64,000 nucleotides of DNA from Escherichia coli. Lineage in GTDB: Bacteria; Pseudomonadota; Gammaproteobacteria; Enterobacterales; Enterobacteriaceae. A program made the translations under genes and the position numbers. The stretch lies in the NCBI RefSeq assembly GCF_003018255.1, contig NZ_CP027440.1; one strand, written 5' to 3'. The notes below the pieces were generated by a model, which saw only the letters and a program-made list of their open reading frames with translations, was not told the origin of the DNA and did no database searches. Of the stretch, positions 20,690 to 33,380 are shown one piece after another (positions within the stretch are counted from its first letter, which is position 1; each line of letters opens with the position of its first letter).

Positions 20690-21306
20690 GCCAGTTTTTT
20701 TATATTCATCCTGATAATCCGCAGCAACGTCTGATCAACCAAGCGGTGGAGATCGTGCGTAAAGGCGGGGTGATTGTTTATCCAACCGATTCCGGCTATG
20801 CGCTCGGCTGTAAAATTGAAGATAAAAACGCCATGGAGCGTATTTGTCGAATTCGCCAGCTGCCGGACGGTCACAACTTTACCCTGATGTGTCGCGATCT
20901 TTCTGAGCTCTCGACCTATTCATTCGTGGATAACGTTGCGTTTCGTTTGATGAAAAACAACACGCCGGGCAACTACACCTTCATCCTGAAAGGGACGAAG
21001 GAGGTGCCACGCCGTCTGTTGCAGGAAAAACGCAAAACCATCGGTATGCGTGTGCCTTCTAACCCGATTGCGCAGGCGTTGCTTGAAGCACTGGGCGAAC
21101 CGATGCTTTCCACTTCGCTAATGCTGCCAGGCAGCGAATTTACCGAATCCGATCCGGAAGAAATTAAAGACCGTCTGGAAAAACAGGTGGACTTGATTAT
21201 TCACGGCGGCTATCTCGGGCAGAAACCAACAACGGTTATTGATCTTACTGATGATACGCCGGTCGTGGTGCGTGAAGGCGTAGGTGATGTGAAGCCTTTC
21301 TTATAA
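20686..21306 (+). CDS. yciO: YrdC/Sua5-family RNA-binding protein YciO
   Basis: Translation MSQFFYIHPDNPQQRLINQAVEIVRKGGVIVYPTDSGYALG...; 4-nt overlap with yciV. Confidence 0.92.
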   Translation: MSQFFYIHPDNPQQRLINQAVEIVRKGGVIVYPTDSGYALGCKIEDKNAMERICRIRQLPDGHNFTLMCRDLSELSTYSFVDNVAFRLMKNNTPGNYTFILKGTKEVPRRLLQEKRKTIGMRVPSNPIAQALLEALGEPMLSTSLMLPGSEFTESDPEEIKDRLEKQVDLIIHGGYLGQKPTTVIDLTDDTPVVVREGVGDVKPFL

Positions 21307-21333
21307 CAAATTGCGTTCCACGGATGGAAGACT

Positions 21334-23229
21334 ATGGCAGGGATATATCGCTGCATTTTGCTGTTGATAGTTGGGCTTTTTTTCTCTTCGTTGAGTTATC
21401 CGAAAAACACGGAGATCCCTTTTTATGAAGAAGGGATCTCGCTCTTTGATGTTGAAGCCACTCTGCAACTGGATGGGGTGCTCGACATCAAAGAAAATAT
21501 TCATTTTCAGGCGCGAAATCAGCAGATTAAGCATGGATTTTATCGTGATTTACCACGACTCTGGATGCAGCCTGATGGGGACGCTGCACTGCTGAACTAT
21601 CATATTGTTGGCGTCACCCGTGATGGTGTTCCTGAACCCTGGCATCTTGACTGGCATATCGGTTTAATGAGTATCGTCGTGGGCGATAAACAACGTTTCT
21701 TGCCTCAAGGTGACTATCATTATCAAATTCATTATCAGGTTAAAAATGCTTTCCTGCGTGAGGGAGATTCTGATCTGTTAATCTGGAACGTGACCGGTAA
21801 CAAGTGGCCGTTTGAAATCTATAAGACCCGATTTTCTCTCCAGTTGCCTGATATTGCGGGTAATCCATTTAGCGAAATTGATCTCTTTACTGGAGAAGAG
21901 GGCGACACATATCGAAATGGCCGCATCCTTGAGGACGGAAGAATTGAATCCCGCGATCCGTTTTATCGTGAAGACTTCACGGTCCTCTATCGCTGGCCTC
22001 ACGCTTTACTTGGTAATGCCCCGGCACCACAAACGACGAATATTTTCAGCCATCTTCTTTTACCCTCCACGTCATCGTTGTTAATTTGGTTTCCGTGTCT
22101 ATTCCTGGTTTGTGGATGGTTATATCTCTGGAAGCGCAGGCCGCAATTTACGCCGGTAGATGTGATTGAAACCGATGTCATTCCGCCAGATTACACGCCC
22201 GGCATGTTACGTCTCGATGCGAAGCTGGTTTACGACGATAAAGGTTTTTGTGCCGATATCGTAAATCTGATTGTGAAAGGAAAAGTTCATCTGGAAGATC
22301 AGTATGACAAGAACCAGCAAATCCTGATTCGTGTTAATGAAGGCGCGACCAGAAATAATGCGGTATTACTGCCCGCAGAGCAGTTATTACTGGAAGCGTT
22401 ATTTCGTAAAGGCGATAAGGTCGTTCTTACGGGGAGACGCAACAGAGTCTTACGCAGTGCATTTTTACGGATGCAGAAATTTTATCTGCCGCGTAAAAAG
22501 TCTTCGTTTTACCGACCTGATACGTTTTTGCAATGGGGCGGAATGGCAATATTGGCGGTCATTCTCTACGGTAACCTGAGTCCCGTAGGCTGGGCAGGAA
22601 TGAGTCTGGTGGGCGATATGTTTATTATGATCTGCTGGCTTCTTCCTTTTTTATTTTGTTCCCTTGAGCTTTTGTTTGCCCGCGATGATGACAAGCCTTG
22701 CGTTAATCGTGTAATCATCACTTTGTTTTTACCACTGATTTGTTCAGGTGTGGCCTTCTATTCTCTCTATATCAATGTCGGAGATGTATTCTTTTACTGG
22801 TATATGCCAGCGGGTTATTTTAGCGCTGTTTTCCTGACCGGTTATCTCACTGGCATAGGGTATATTTTTCTGCCAAAGTTTACCCAAACTGGGCAGCAAC
22901 GTTATGCCCACGGTGAAGCTATCGTTAACTATCTTGCGCGTAAAGAGGCGGCAACACACAGTGGGCGGCGGCGGAAAGGGGAAACACGGAAACTGGATTA
23001 CGCGTTGTTAGGTTGGGCGGTCTCGGCAAACCTTGGCAGAGAATGGGCAGCACGTATCACCCCATCACTCACAGCGGCTGTTAGCGACCCGGAAATTGCC
23101 CGTAGTGGCGTTTTATTCTCATTGCAGACGCACCTGAGTTGCGGGGCCTATACCAGTTTGTTGGGGCGGAGCTATTCCGGTGGTGGTGCTGGTGGCGGTG
23201 CAGGTGGCGGAGGCGGCGGTGGCTGGTAA
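21334..23229 (+). CDS. yciQ: DUF2207 inner-membrane protein YciQ
   Basis: 631-aa ORF with a Gly-rich C-terminus; synteny. Confidence 0.85.
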   Translation: MAGIYRCILLLIVGLFFSSLSYPKNTEIPFYEEGISLFDVEATLQLDGVLDIKENIHFQARNQQIKHGFYRDLPRLWMQPDGDAALLNYHIVGVTRDGVPEPWHLDWHIGLMSIVVGDKQRFLPQGDYHYQIHYQVKNAFLREGDSDLLIWNVTGNKWPFEIYKTRFSLQLPDIAGNPFSEIDLFTGEEGDTYRNGRILEDGRIESRDPFYREDFTVLYRWPHALLGNAPAPQTTNIFSHLLLPSTSSLLIWFPCLFLVCGWLYLWKRRPQFTPVDVIETDVIPPDYTPGMLRLDAKLVYDDKGFCADIVNLIVKGKVHLEDQYDKNQQILIRVNEGATRNNAVLLPAEQLLLEALFRKGDKVVLTGRRNRVLRSAFLRMQKFYLPRKKSSFYRPDTFLQWGGMAILAVILYGNLSPVGWAGMSLVGDMFIMICWLLPFLFCSLELLFARDDDKPCVNRVIITLFLPLICSGVAFYSLYINVGDVFFYWYMPAGYFSAVFLTGYLTGIGYIFLPKFTQTGQQRYAHGEAIVNYLARKEAATHSGRRRKGETRKLDYALLGWAVSANLGREWAARITPSLTAAVSDPEIARSGVLFSLQTHLSCGAYTSLLGRSYSGGGAGGGAGGGGGGGW

Positions 23230-23439
23230 TCAAGCTGATGTTAATCGAAACAAGCTTTAACCATAAAGATAGTGTAGTATGTTGCGCCTCAAAGCCAGGC
23301 CGATAAACGTCGAGTCGTTTACTTAAGGCCTGAAGAGTTCAAACAGACTTTACTATCAGTGAGTCAGATGTAGGTTCTGACTCACTGTTGCACAAAAGCA
23401 TATCAGACGCCTGGGAAGGCGACACCAAAAGGAAGCTCT

Positions 23440-24315
23440 ATGAGCGAAAAGCTACAGAAAGTGCTGGCGCGTGCCGGCCACGGTTCTCGCCGTGAAATCG
23501 AATCTATTATTGAAGCCGGTCGTGTGAGTGTTGATGGCAAAATTGCTAAACTCGGCGATCGTGTTGAAATTACCCCTGGATTGAAAATCCGTATCGATGG
23601 TCACCTGATTTCGGTACGTGAGTCCGCTGAACAAATTTGTCGCGTTCTGGCCTATTACAAACCGGAAGGTGAGTTGTGTACCCGTAACGATCCGGAAGGG
23701 CGTCCAACGGTGTTTGACCGTCTGCCAAAGCTGCGTGGCGCACGCTGGATTGCCGTAGGTCGTCTGGACGTTAACACCTGTGGTCTGCTGCTGTTCACCA
23801 CCGACGGTGAACTGGCAAACCGTTTAATGCATCCAAGCCGTGAAGTTGAACGTGAATATGCCGTGCGTGTATTTGGTCAGGTTGACGACGCGAAACTGCG
23901 TGATTTGAGTCGTGGCGTGCAGCTGGAAGATGGTCCGGCAGCCTTTAAAACCATCAAGTTCAGCGGCGGCGAAGGGATCAACCAGTGGTACAACGTAACT
24001 CTGACCGAAGGCCGTAACCGTGAAGTTCGTCGTCTTTGGGAAGCGGTTGGTGTGCAGGTAAGCCGCCTGATCCGTGTTCGTTACGGTGATATCCCACTGC
24101 CGAAAGGTCTGCCACGCGGTGGCTGGACGGAGCTGGATCTCGCCCAGACTAACTATCTGCGCGAACTGGTGGAGCTACCGCCAGAAACCAGCTCTAAAGT
24201 CGCTGTAGAAAAAGACCGTCGTCGTATGAAGGCGAATCAGATTCGTCGAGCGGTTAAGCGTCACAGTCAGGTGAGCGGCGGTCGTCGTTCTGGCGGACGT
24301 AATAATAACGGTTAA
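23440..24315 (+). CDS. rluB: 23S rRNA pseudouridine synthase B
   Basis: 291-aa translation [33 protein letters not shown]... with an S4 domain and Arg-rich C-terminal tail. Confidence 0.95.
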   Translation: MSEKLQKVLARAGHGSRREIESIIEAGRVSVDGKIAKLGDRVEITPGLKIRIDGHLISVRESAEQICRVLAYYKPEGELCTRNDPEGRPTVFDRLPKLRGARWIAVGRLDVNTCGLLLFTTDGELANRLMHPSREVEREYAVRVFGQVDDAKLRDLSRGVQLEDGPAAFKTIKFSGGEGINQWYNVTLTEGRNREVRRLWEAVGVQVSRLIRVRYGDIPLPKGLPRGGWTELDLAQTNYLRELVELPPETSSKVAVEKDRRRMKANQIRRAVKRHSQVSGGRRSGGRNNNG

Positions 24316-24336
24316 TTTAAGATAAGTATAAAATAA

Positions 24337-24356
24337 AGGCCCTGCGGGGCCTTTTC
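24337..24356 (+). terminator. rluB terminator
   Basis: ggccc-tgcg-gggcc hairpin followed by ttttctt. Confidence 0.6.
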
Positions 24357-24484
24357 TTCATTTGAAGCATGATAAATAGTCGCAGTATTTTAATTTAATT
24401 TCATACTTGCTTATGAATAATACCCGGAAATAGCCACATTACTATTTAATTATCTGAGATAAACTCAACGTCAAGAGGTGGGTT

Positions 24485-25486
24485 ATGATTAGATATAGTG
24501 GAATATTTCTATCGCTGTTAATGCTTTCAGGTTGTGCAACCGAAGCATTGAAAAACGAACAAGCTGAAACTGTTATTACTGCGGGTAACAAAGCAGTAGC
24601 GGCGAATGCAAGTTTCTTTAAACAATACTATGCTTCTCGTGAAAACTTCCTTGTTAATTTCTACGCGACTAATCCGGATTGTGCCCTGCGACCTGATTAT
24701 ACCATTGATATAGGCGGTGATGGGAATGGCGGAAAATTATGCCAGCGTTCAGGGCCAAATACAAAACAAGTACAATTAGTCCCTTTCGAGAAAGAAAAAT
24801 TACTGGCTTCAATGGAAGTCATTAATAGCATGAGCGCTTATGTGGAACTTCTGACAAAGGATATGGCAACTACGGAAAGTCAGCAAGTGGCATTACTTAA
24901 ACAGGCTCTGGATCACGCAAACAACGCACAAACACTACTTGGTGTTTCACATAGCAAAGATTTAGCTCAATCTGCAGCAGCGGTTAAAGATTTGGTAAAT
25001 TATTTCAATGAGTTATATATAATTAAAGTCAATTCTGGAAAAATAGGCAAAACGGTAGATGAAAACTGGGTAAGACTTATAAAAAACATGACTGTTTTGC
25101 GTAATGATATTTATACAAAAGGCGATAAGATTGAAAATTATACCTTTGCGAATGTACATAATAATATGATTTATTATAATGCGGTATCTAAAAACTCTAA
25201 GAATACAGAGTTTAACACTCTGAAAAACAGGAAGGAGTTTCTAAGTTCAGTAATCAATGTGAATGAAACCAGACTACAGGCATCGGCACCTGCCATGCCT
25301 GCGATTGAGGCTTTGAATGCCTTTATAGATAAGGGTGATTATCTGAAAAGCTTATACGTTAATAAAACACGCACGGCAGCTGAACAAAAAAGATTAAATG
25401 AAATATTACGCGCACAGGTCATTAGTGGGTTAAAGGCGTCTGAGGGGCTGGCAAAATTACTTATTGCCAGCGGAATAATGTTATAG
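24485..25486 (+). CDS. Hypothetical lipoprotein (333 aa) in a low-GC islet; family not recognised
   Basis: Signal peptide with lipobox LMLSGC; Shine-Dalgarno agaggtggg; A/T-rich codon usage; I do not recall a gene here in K-12. Confidence 0.7.
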   Translation: MIRYSGIFLSLLMLSGCATEALKNEQAETVITAGNKAVAANASFFKQYYASRENFLVNFYATNPDCALRPDYTIDIGGDGNGGKLCQRSGPNTKQVQLVPFEKEKLLASMEVINSMSAYVELLTKDMATTESQQVALLKQALDHANNAQTLLGVSHSKDLAQSAAAVKDLVNYFNELYIIKVNSGKIGKTVDENWVRLIKNMTVLRNDIYTKGDKIENYTFANVHNNMIYYNAVSKNSKNTEFNTLKNRKEFLSSVINVNETRLQASAPAMPAIEALNAFIDKGDYLKSLYVNKTRTAAEQKRLNEILRAQVISGLKASEGLAKLLIASGIML

Positions 25487-25496
25487 GAGGCTTTTT

Positions 25497-25805
25497 ATGA
25501 ACGATGTGCAAAACCGTAGAATACTGGCATTACTTGATATGCTGTATAATACTTTGGGTAATAAAACCACATGTAATGTTTGTCATAAATATTTTATCCT
25601 TATCCTCACGGTGATGAACAATCTGACGATTAACTACGGTACTGAAACTTCGCCAGAGTTAAGCGGAATCAGTTATGAAGATGCCAATGCGTTAATTACT
25701 GAACTGATATTATTTATTGAAGATGTTGACGCTGAGAATCATGAAGCATATCAGGGACATTTGAATGAGATTACACGTATTCTGAATTTCGCTATTGCCG
25801 CTTGA
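25497..25805 (+). CDS. Hypothetical small cytoplasmic protein (102 aa) coupled to the lipoprotein gene
   Basis: Strong Shine-Dalgarno aggagg 6 nt upstream; 10-nt gap after the lipoprotein stop; low GC; no TM segment. Confidence 0.65.
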   Translation: MNDVQNRRILALLDMLYNTLGNKTTCNVCHKYFILILTVMNNLTINYGTETSPELSGISYEDANALITELILFIEDVDAENHEAYQGHLNEITRILNFAIAA

Positions 25806-25819
25806 ATATAATCATGATT

Positions 25820-25853
25820 AAAGCACCTCAAGAGGCTTCTTTTGAGGTGCTTT
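25820..25853. terminator. Bidirectional hairpin terminator between the islet and btuR
   Basis: aaagcacctcaaga-ggct-tcttttgaggtgcttt. Confidence 0.65.
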
Positions 25854-25856
25854 CAC

Positions 25857-26447
25857 TTAGTAGTCAATCCCTATCTGCGCTTTTACACCGGCATCAAACG
25901 CATGTTTCACGGGGCGTAATTCACTCACCGTATCCGCCAGTTCAAGAATATCCCGATGACAGCCTCGACCCGTGATAATCACCGTCTGTTGATGTGGACG
26001 TTCATTTAACGCCTGCACCACTTCTTCCAGTGGCAAATAGTCATACGCCACCATATACGTCAGTTCATCGAGCAAAACCATATCCAGTGAAGGATCGGCC
26101 AGCATTCGTTTGGCATGTTGCCAGACTTCACGGCAGGCCGCGGTATCAGATTCGCGATTTTGTGTATCCCAGGTAAAGCCCGTTGCCATCACCTGAAACT
26201 CAACGCCATGTGGCTCCAGTAGATTGCGCTCGCCATTAGGCCAGGTGCCTTTAATAAACTGCACGATACCCACTTTTTTGCCATGGCCTACTGCACGAGT
26301 TGCCGTACCAAATGCCGCGGTGGTTTTGCCTTTTCCATTGCCGGTAAAGACGATGATAATACCGCGCTCATCCTGGGCCTGGGCCACACGAGCATCGACT
26401 TTTTCTTTCACTCGCTGCTGACGCTGTTGGTAGCGTTCATCACTCAT
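25857..26447 (-). CDS. btuR: Cob(I)yrinic acid a,c-diamide adenosyltransferase
   Basis: 196-aa translation MSDERYQQRQQRVKEKVDARV...GNGKGKTTAAFG... Confidence 0.95.
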   Translation of the reverse strand: MSDERYQQRQQRVKEKVDARVAQAQDERGIIIVFTGNGKGKTTAAFGTATRAVGHGKKVGIVQFIKGTWPNGERNLLEPHGVEFQVMATGFTWDTQNRESDTAACREVWQHAKRMLADPSLDMVLLDELTYMVAYDYLPLEEVVQALNERPHQQTVIITGRGCHRDILELADTVSELRPVKHAFDAGVKAQIGIDY

Positions 26448-27202
26448 TGGGAAATTCCTGGTTTACGGCCCGGTTGGGCGTCAAAGGTCATGCCGGTTTT
26501 ACGGCGGCTGTCATCGCCCATCAGCCAGAGGTAGAGCGGCATGATATCAGCGGGTGTTTTAAGTTTCTGTGGATCTTCGGTCGGGAAGGCGCTGGCACGC
26601 ATTGCGGTGCGCGTACCGCCTGGGTTAATGCAGTTGACGCGCAGGCGCTGCTGATATTCATCGGCCAGTACCTGCATCATCCCTTCGGTGGCAAATTTCG
26701 ACGCTGCATATGCGCCCCAGTTGGCTCGTCCCTGACGTCCAACGCTTGATGAAGTAAAGACCAGTGAACCGGCGTCCGATTTGAGTAATAAAGGAAGCAG
26801 TGCCTGGGTGAGCATAAAGGTGGCATTAACGTTGACCTGCATGACGTCCTGCCAGACCTGCGGATTTTGTTCGCTCATAGGGCAAACATCGCCGAGCAAT
26901 CCGGCATTATGCAAAACACCATCCAGACGCGGATAATTAACGGCAATGCGCTGTGCCAGTTGTTGGCAATCTTCGGACGTGCAGGTCAGCAAATCGAGAA
27001 TAAACCACTGTGGCTGACGTCCAGTTTCTTCGTTTATGTGGCTGGCTACCTGACGTAATTTTTCTTCATTACGGCCCAACAGAATCACTGTCGCACCATA
27101 GCGTGCATACGTCATCGCGGCTTCACGGCCAATACCATCGCTGGCTCCCGTCACCAGGATAATGCGATCATTGAGTAAATCTTGTTTTGGCTGGTAATGC
27201 AT
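26444..27202 (-). CDS. yciK: Short-chain dehydrogenase/reductase YciK
   Basis: 252-aa translation with the SDR motif VTGASDGIGREAA. Confidence 0.92.
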   Translation of the reverse strand: MHYQPKQDLLNDRIILVTGASDGIGREAAMTYARYGATVILLGRNEEKLRQVASHINEETGRQPQWFILDLLTCTSEDCQQLAQRIAVNYPRLDGVLHNAGLLGDVCPMSEQNPQVWQDVMQVNVNATFMLTQALLPLLLKSDAGSLVFTSSSVGRQGRANWGAYAASKFATEGMMQVLADEYQQRLRVNCINPGGTRTAMRASAFPTEDPQKLKTPADIMPLYLWLMGDDSRRKTGMTFDAQPGRKPGISQ

Positions 27203-27421
27203 GGCTACTCCTCAACGACGTTGTCTGTCGCGCTGCCAGTGTACTTTATGACTTTGGGGCTTTATGCCTGAAACAGAAGGGCATTTCAATCAGCCTGGGG
27301 CGATAACACCGCAAAATGGATACTTTGTCATACTTTCGCTGCAATAACATCTCTGCGAGACGGCTTAACATGCCTGTTGTAAACTGTGAGCCAAAGCGTT
27401 GTTTAACCAAGGTGGGGACTC

Positions 27422-28471
27422 GTGGAATTGTTGTCTGAATATGGTTTGTTTTTGGCGAAAATCGTTACCGTTGTGCTAGCGATTGCGGCGATTGCCGCCA
27501 TTATTGTCAATGTTGCTCAACGTAATAAACGCCAGCGTGGCGAGTTACGGGTCAACAATCTCAGCGAACAGTATAAGGAGATGAAAGAAGAACTGGCCGC
27601 GGCGCTGATGGACACTCATCAGCAAAAACAGTGGCATAAAGCGCAGAAGAAAAAGCACAAGCAAGAAGCGAAAGCAGCAAAAGCGAAAGCCAAACTGGGC
27701 GAGGTGGCAACTGACAGTAAACCCCGCGTCTGGGTGCTGGATTTTAAAGGCAGCATGGACGCCCATGAAGTGAACTCGCTACGTGAAGAGATAACGGCGG
27801 TACTCGCAGCATTCAAACCGCAGGATCAGGTTGTGCTACGTCTGGAAAGCCCTGGTGGCATGGTGCATGGTTACGGGTTGGCGGCTTCGCAGTTGCAGCG
27901 TCTGCGTGATAAAAACATTCCTTTAACTGTTACGGTAGACAAAGTCGCTGCCAGCGGCGGTTACATGATGGCCTGTGTGGCGGACAAAATTGTTTCCGCA
28001 CCGTTTGCTATTGTGGGTTCCATTGGCGTGGTGGCGCAAATGCCCAACTTTAACCGCTTCCTGAAAAGCAAAGATATTGATATCGAACTGCACACCGCTG
28101 GGCAGTATAAGCGCACGCTGACCTTGCTGGGTGAAAACACCGAAGAAGGGCGGGAGAAATTCCGCGAAGAGCTGAACGAAACGCATCAGTTATTTAAAGA
28201 TTTTGTGAAGCGTATGCGTCCGTCTCTGAATATTGATCAGGTGGCAACGGGTGAACACTGGTACGGACAACAGGCGGTAGAGAAAGGCTTGGTTGATGAA
28301 ATCAACACCAGTGATGAAGTTATTCTTAGCCTGATGGAAGGCCGTGAAGTGGTCAATGTACGCTATATGCAGCGTAAACGACTCATTGACCGATTCACCG
28401 GCAGCGCGGCAGAGAGCGCCGATCGATTGTTGTTACGCTGGTGGCAGCGGGGGCAAAAGCCATTGATGTAA
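27422..28471 (+). CDS. sohB: S49-family peptidase SohB
   Basis: 349-aa translation MELLSEYGLFLAKIVTVV...; apparent GTG start. Confidence 0.92.
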   Translation: MELLSEYGLFLAKIVTVVLAIAAIAAIIVNVAQRNKRQRGELRVNNLSEQYKEMKEELAAALMDTHQQKQWHKAQKKKHKQEAKAAKAKAKLGEVATDSKPRVWVLDFKGSMDAHEVNSLREEITAVLAAFKPQDQVVLRLESPGGMVHGYGLAASQLQRLRDKNIPLTVTVDKVAASGGYMMACVADKIVSAPFAIVGSIGVVAQMPNFNRFLKSKDIDIELHTAGQYKRTLTLLGENTEEGREKFREELNETHQLFKDFVKRMRPSLNIDQVATGEHWYGQQAVEKGLVDEINTSDEVILSLMEGREVVNVRYMQRKRLIDRFTGSAAESADRLLLRWWQRGQKPLM

Positions 28472-28506
28472 AAGACAAACGCGAGGGTAAGACCTCGCGT
28501 TTTGCT

Positions 28507-28758
28507 TTAATCAACCAGGTGATATTTTTCTGAAAGCACATGGGCCAGGTGTTTGAACATATTAAACACCGCGGTGCTTTTGGCTGTTGGCAATCCTTGT
28601 TCATCTAAAAAGTAGTCGCCGGTAAATACCAGCACGCCATTACGCTGCGTGACGCCGGTGGCTTCAATCCCTGCGAGCGTATCCTCATGCTCACGAATGA
28701 TTTTGTTGGCCTCTTTCAACAGCGTCTCGCGGTCGATGGGTTGTGTCTCTTTGTTCAT
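28507..28758 (-). CDS. yciN: DUF2498 protein YciN
   Basis: 83-aa ORF; synteny between sohB and topA. Confidence 0.85.
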
Positions 28759-29137
28759 TATTTACTCCTTAAACAAGGACATTAGTCTACGCCAGGCATG
28801 GCTTGCAGACAAATATACCACGCTGGTGGCAAGAGCGCCTTACTGGCAACTTTGGATTTTGCATGCTAATAAAGTTGCGTATCGGATTTTATCAGGTACA
28901 GTGTGACGCTTTCGTCAATCTGGCAATAGATTTGCTTGACATTCGACCAAAATTCCGTCGTGCTATAGCGCCTGTAGGCCAAGACCTGTTAACTCAGTCA
29001 CCTGAATTTTCGTGAACAGAGTCACGACAAGGGGTTGATATCCGCAGAGAGCGAGTCCATATCGGTAACTCGTTGCCAGTGGAAGGTTTATCAACGTGCG
29101 ACGCATTCCTGGAAGAATCAAATTAGGTAAGGTGAAT

Positions 29138-31735
29138 ATGGGTAAAGCTCTTGTCATCGTTGAGTCCCCGGCAAAAGCCAAAACGATCAACAAGTATCTG
29201 GGTAGTGACTACGTGGTGAAATCCAGCGTCGGTCACATCCGCGATTTGCCGACCAGTGGCTCAGCTGCCAAAAAGAGTGCCGACTCTACCTCCACCAAGA
29301 CGGCTAAAAAGCCTAAAAAGGATGAACGTGGCGCTCTCGTCAACCGTATGGGGGTTGACCCGTGGCACAATTGGGAGGCGCACTATGAAGTGTTGCCTGG
29401 TAAAGAGAAGGTCGTCTCTGAACTGAAACAACTGGCTGAAAAAGCCGACCACATCTATCTCGCAACCGACCTTGACCGCGAAGGGGAAGCCATTGCATGG
29501 CACCTGCGGGAAGTGATTGGTGGTGATGATGCGCGCTATAGCCGAGTGGTGTTTAACGAAATTACTAAAAACGCGATCCGCCAGGCATTTAACAAACCGG
29601 GTGAGCTGAATATTGATCGTGTTAATGCCCAGCAGGCGCGTCGCTTTATGGACCGCGTGGTGGGGTATATGGTTTCGCCGCTTCTATGGAAAAAGATCGC
29701 TCGTGGTCTGTCTGCCGGTCGTGTGCAGTCGGTGGCGGTCCGCCTGGTGGTCGAGCGTGAGCGTGAAATTAAAGCGTTCGTACCGGAAGAGTTCTGGGAA
29801 GTCGATGCCAGCACGACCACGCCATCTGGTGAAGCGTTGGCGTTGCAGGTGACTCATCAGAACGACAAACCGTTCCGTCCGGTCAACAAAGAACAAACTC
29901 AGGCTGCGGTAAGTCTGCTGGAAAAAGCGCGCTACAGCGTGCTGGAACGTGAAGACAAACCGACAACCAGTAAACCTGGCGCTCCTTTTATTACCTCTAC
30001 GCTGCAACAAGCTGCCAGCACCCGTCTTGGTTTTGGCGTGAAAAAAACCATGATGATGGCGCAGCGTTTGTATGAAGCAGGCTATATCACTTACATGCGT
30101 ACCGACTCCACCAACCTGAGTCAGGACGCGGTAAATATGGTTCGCGGTTATATCAGCGATAATTTTGGTAAGAAATATCTGCCGGAAAGTCCGAATCAGT
30201 ACGCCAGCAAAGAAAACTCACAGGAAGCGCACGAAGCGATTCGTCCTTCTGACGTCAATGTGATGGCGGAATCGTTGAAGGATATGGAAGCAGATGCGCA
30301 GAAACTGTACCAGTTAATCTGGCGTCAGTTCGTAGCCTGCCAGATGACCCCAGCGAAATATGACTCCACGACGCTGACCGTTGGTGCGGGCGATTTCCGC
30401 CTGAAAGCACGCGGTCGTATTTTGCGCTTTGATGGCTGGACGAAAGTGATGCCTGCACTGCGTAAAGGCGATGAAGATCGTATCTTACCGGCAGTCGATA
30501 AAGGCGATGCTCTGACGCTCGTTGAACTGACACCAGCTCAGCACTTTACTAAGCCGCCAGCCCGTTTCAGTGAAGCATCGCTGGTTAAAGAACTGGAAAA
30601 ACGTGGTATCGGTCGTCCGTCTACCTATGCGTCGATCATTTCGACCATTCAGGATCGTGGCTATGTGCGAGTAGAAAATCGTCGTTTCTATGCGGAAAAA
30701 ATGGGCGAAATCGTCACCGATCGCCTTGAAGAAAATTTCCGTGAGTTAATGAACTACGACTTCACCGCGCAGATGGAAAACAGCCTCGACCAGGTGGCAA
30801 ATCACGAAGCAGAGTGGAAAACTGTACTGGATCACTTCTTCTCGGATTTCACCCAGCAGTTAGATAAAGCTGAAAAAGATCCGGAAGAGGGTGGTATGCG
30901 CCCGAACCAGATGGTTCTGACCAGCATTGACTGCCCGACTTGTGGTCGCAAAATGGGGATTCGCACAGCGAGCACCGGGGTATTCCTTGGCTGTTCTGGC
31001 TATGCGCTGCCGCCGAAAGAGCGTTGCAAAACCACCATTAACCTGGTGCCGGAAAACGAAGTGCTGAACGTGCTGGAAGGCGAAGACGCTGAAACCAATG
31101 CGCTGCGCGCAAAACGTCGTTGCCCGAAATGCGGCACGGCGATGGACAGCTATCTCATCGATCCGAAACGTAAGTTGCATGTCTGTGGTAATAACCCAAC
31201 CTGCGACGGTTACGAGATCGAAGAGGGCGAATTCCGCATTAAAGGTTATGACGGCCCGATCGTTGAGTGTGAAAAATGTGGCTCTGAAATGCACCTGAAA
31301 ATGGGGCGTTTCGGTAAATACATGGCCTGCACTAACGAAGAGTGTAAAAACACACGTAAGATTTTACGTAACGGCGAAGTGGCACCACCGAAGGAAGATC
31401 CGGTGCCATTACCGGAGCTGCCGTGCGAAAAATCAGATGCCTATTTCGTGCTGCGTGACGGTGCTGCCGGTGTGTTCCTGGCGGCCAATACCTTCCCGAA
31501 ATCGCGTGAAACACGTGCGCCATTGGTGGAAGAACTTTATCGCTTCCGCGACCGTCTGCCGGAAAAACTGCGTTATCTGGCCGATGCGCCACAGCAGGAT
31601 CCGGAAGGTAATAAGACCATGGTTCGCTTTAGCCGTAAAACCAAACAGCAATATGTCTCTTCGGAAAAAGACGGAAAGGCGACTGGCTGGTCAGCATTTT
31701 ATGTTGATGGCAAATGGGTTGAAGGGAAAAAATAA
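29138..31735 (+). CDS. topA: DNA topoisomerase I
   Basis: Translation from [22 protein letters not shown]..., with C-terminal zinc-ribbon repeats. Confidence 0.97.
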   Translation: MGKALVIVESPAKAKTINKYLGSDYVVKSSVGHIRDLPTSGSAAKKSADSTSTKTAKKPKKDERGALVNRMGVDPWHNWEAHYEVLPGKEKVVSELKQLAEKADHIYLATDLDREGEAIAWHLREVIGGDDARYSRVVFNEITKNAIRQAFNKPGELNIDRVNAQQARRFMDRVVGYMVSPLLWKKIARGLSAGRVQSVAVRLVVEREREIKAFVPEEFWEVDASTTTPSGEALALQVTHQNDKPFRPVNKEQTQAAVSLLEKARYSVLEREDKPTTSKPGAPFITSTLQQAASTRLGFGVKKTMMMAQRLYEAGYITYMRTDSTNLSQDAVNMVRGYISDNFGKKYLPESPNQYASKENSQEAHEAIRPSDVNVMAESLKDMEADAQKLYQLIWRQFVACQMTPAKYDSTTLTVGAGDFRLKARGRILRFDGWTKVMPALRKGDEDRILPAVDKGDALTLVELTPAQHFTKPPARFSEASLVKELEKRGIGRPSTYASIISTIQDRGYVRVENRRFYAEKMGEIVTDRLEENFRELMNYDFTAQMENSLDQVANHEAEWKTVLDHFFSDFTQQLDKAEKDPEEGGMRPNQMVLTSIDCPTCGRKMGIRTASTGVFLGCSGYALPPKERCKTTINLVPENEVLNVLEGEDAETNALRAKRRCPKCGTAMDSYLIDPKRKLHVCGNNPTCDGYEIEEGEFRIKGYDGPIVECEKCGSEMHLKMGRFGKYMACTNEECKNTRKILRNGEVAPPKEDPVPLPELPCEKSDAYFVLRDGAAGVFLAANTFPKSRETRAPLVEELYRFRDRLPEKLRYLADAPQQDPEGNKTMVRFSRKTKQQYVSSEKDGKATGWSAFYVDGKWVEGKK

Positions 31736-31764
31736 CCTTTAATTCTGTCAGGTTTTTATAAACA

Positions 31765-31790
31765 AAGGGTCGCGAAAGCGGCCCTTTTTT
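31765..31790 (+). terminator. topA terminator
   Basis: gggtcgc-gaaa-gcggccc hairpin followed by a T6 run. Confidence 0.65.
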
Positions 31791-31920
31791 ATTGCATATT
31801 ATTTTTTCTTCACACCTATACACTAAGGCTATAAATGATATAGTGGTTATAGTTAGCACCTTTTTTATTATTAAATCGTATTAGTCACCCGCCAGGTGTG
31901 ACGAAAAAACGATGTTCTGA

Positions 31921-32919
<999 letters not shown>

Positions 32920-33249
32920 TTTCTTGCGTTATTTTCGGCACCTTTTATGTAGCGAAGGTGCCGGAATATATTCTCTTTTATTGCTTATTTGTATACCGTG
33001 CACAATATTTTTATCCCTCATATTTATAGGGTAAATTACCTGTAAAGTAGTGTCTAATTACCCGCCTCGCAAACTCGAGTTTTCAAATATCTATTTCAGG
33101 TCAAAAGATTGAATTATTCACTGGAGACGATTCGTAAATTCGCTGGATTTTTGACTAAAGTTTCTTTAGGATTTGTCTCATCGTATGATTAATTACACCA
33201 ATCGTTCAACGTCTTGCTGATAAGTGATGGCGATTATATGAGGTTAGCA

Positions 33250-33378
33250 ATGCCTTCTGGAAATCAGGAACCCCGCCGCGATCCTGAATTAAAACGTAAA
33301 GCCTGGCTGGCGGTTTTTCTTGGTTCTGCACTTTTCTGGGTGGTTGTCGCACTGCTGATTTGGAAAGTGTGGGGATAA
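33250..33378 (+). CDS. ymiA: Small membrane protein YmiA
   Basis: Translation MPSGNQEPRRDPELKRKAWLAVFLGSALFWVVVALLIWKVWG with one TM helix; position upstream of acnA as in K-12. Confidence 0.7.
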   Translation: MPSGNQEPRRDPELKRKAWLAVFLGSALFWVVVALLIWKVWG

Positions 33379-33380
33379 CT

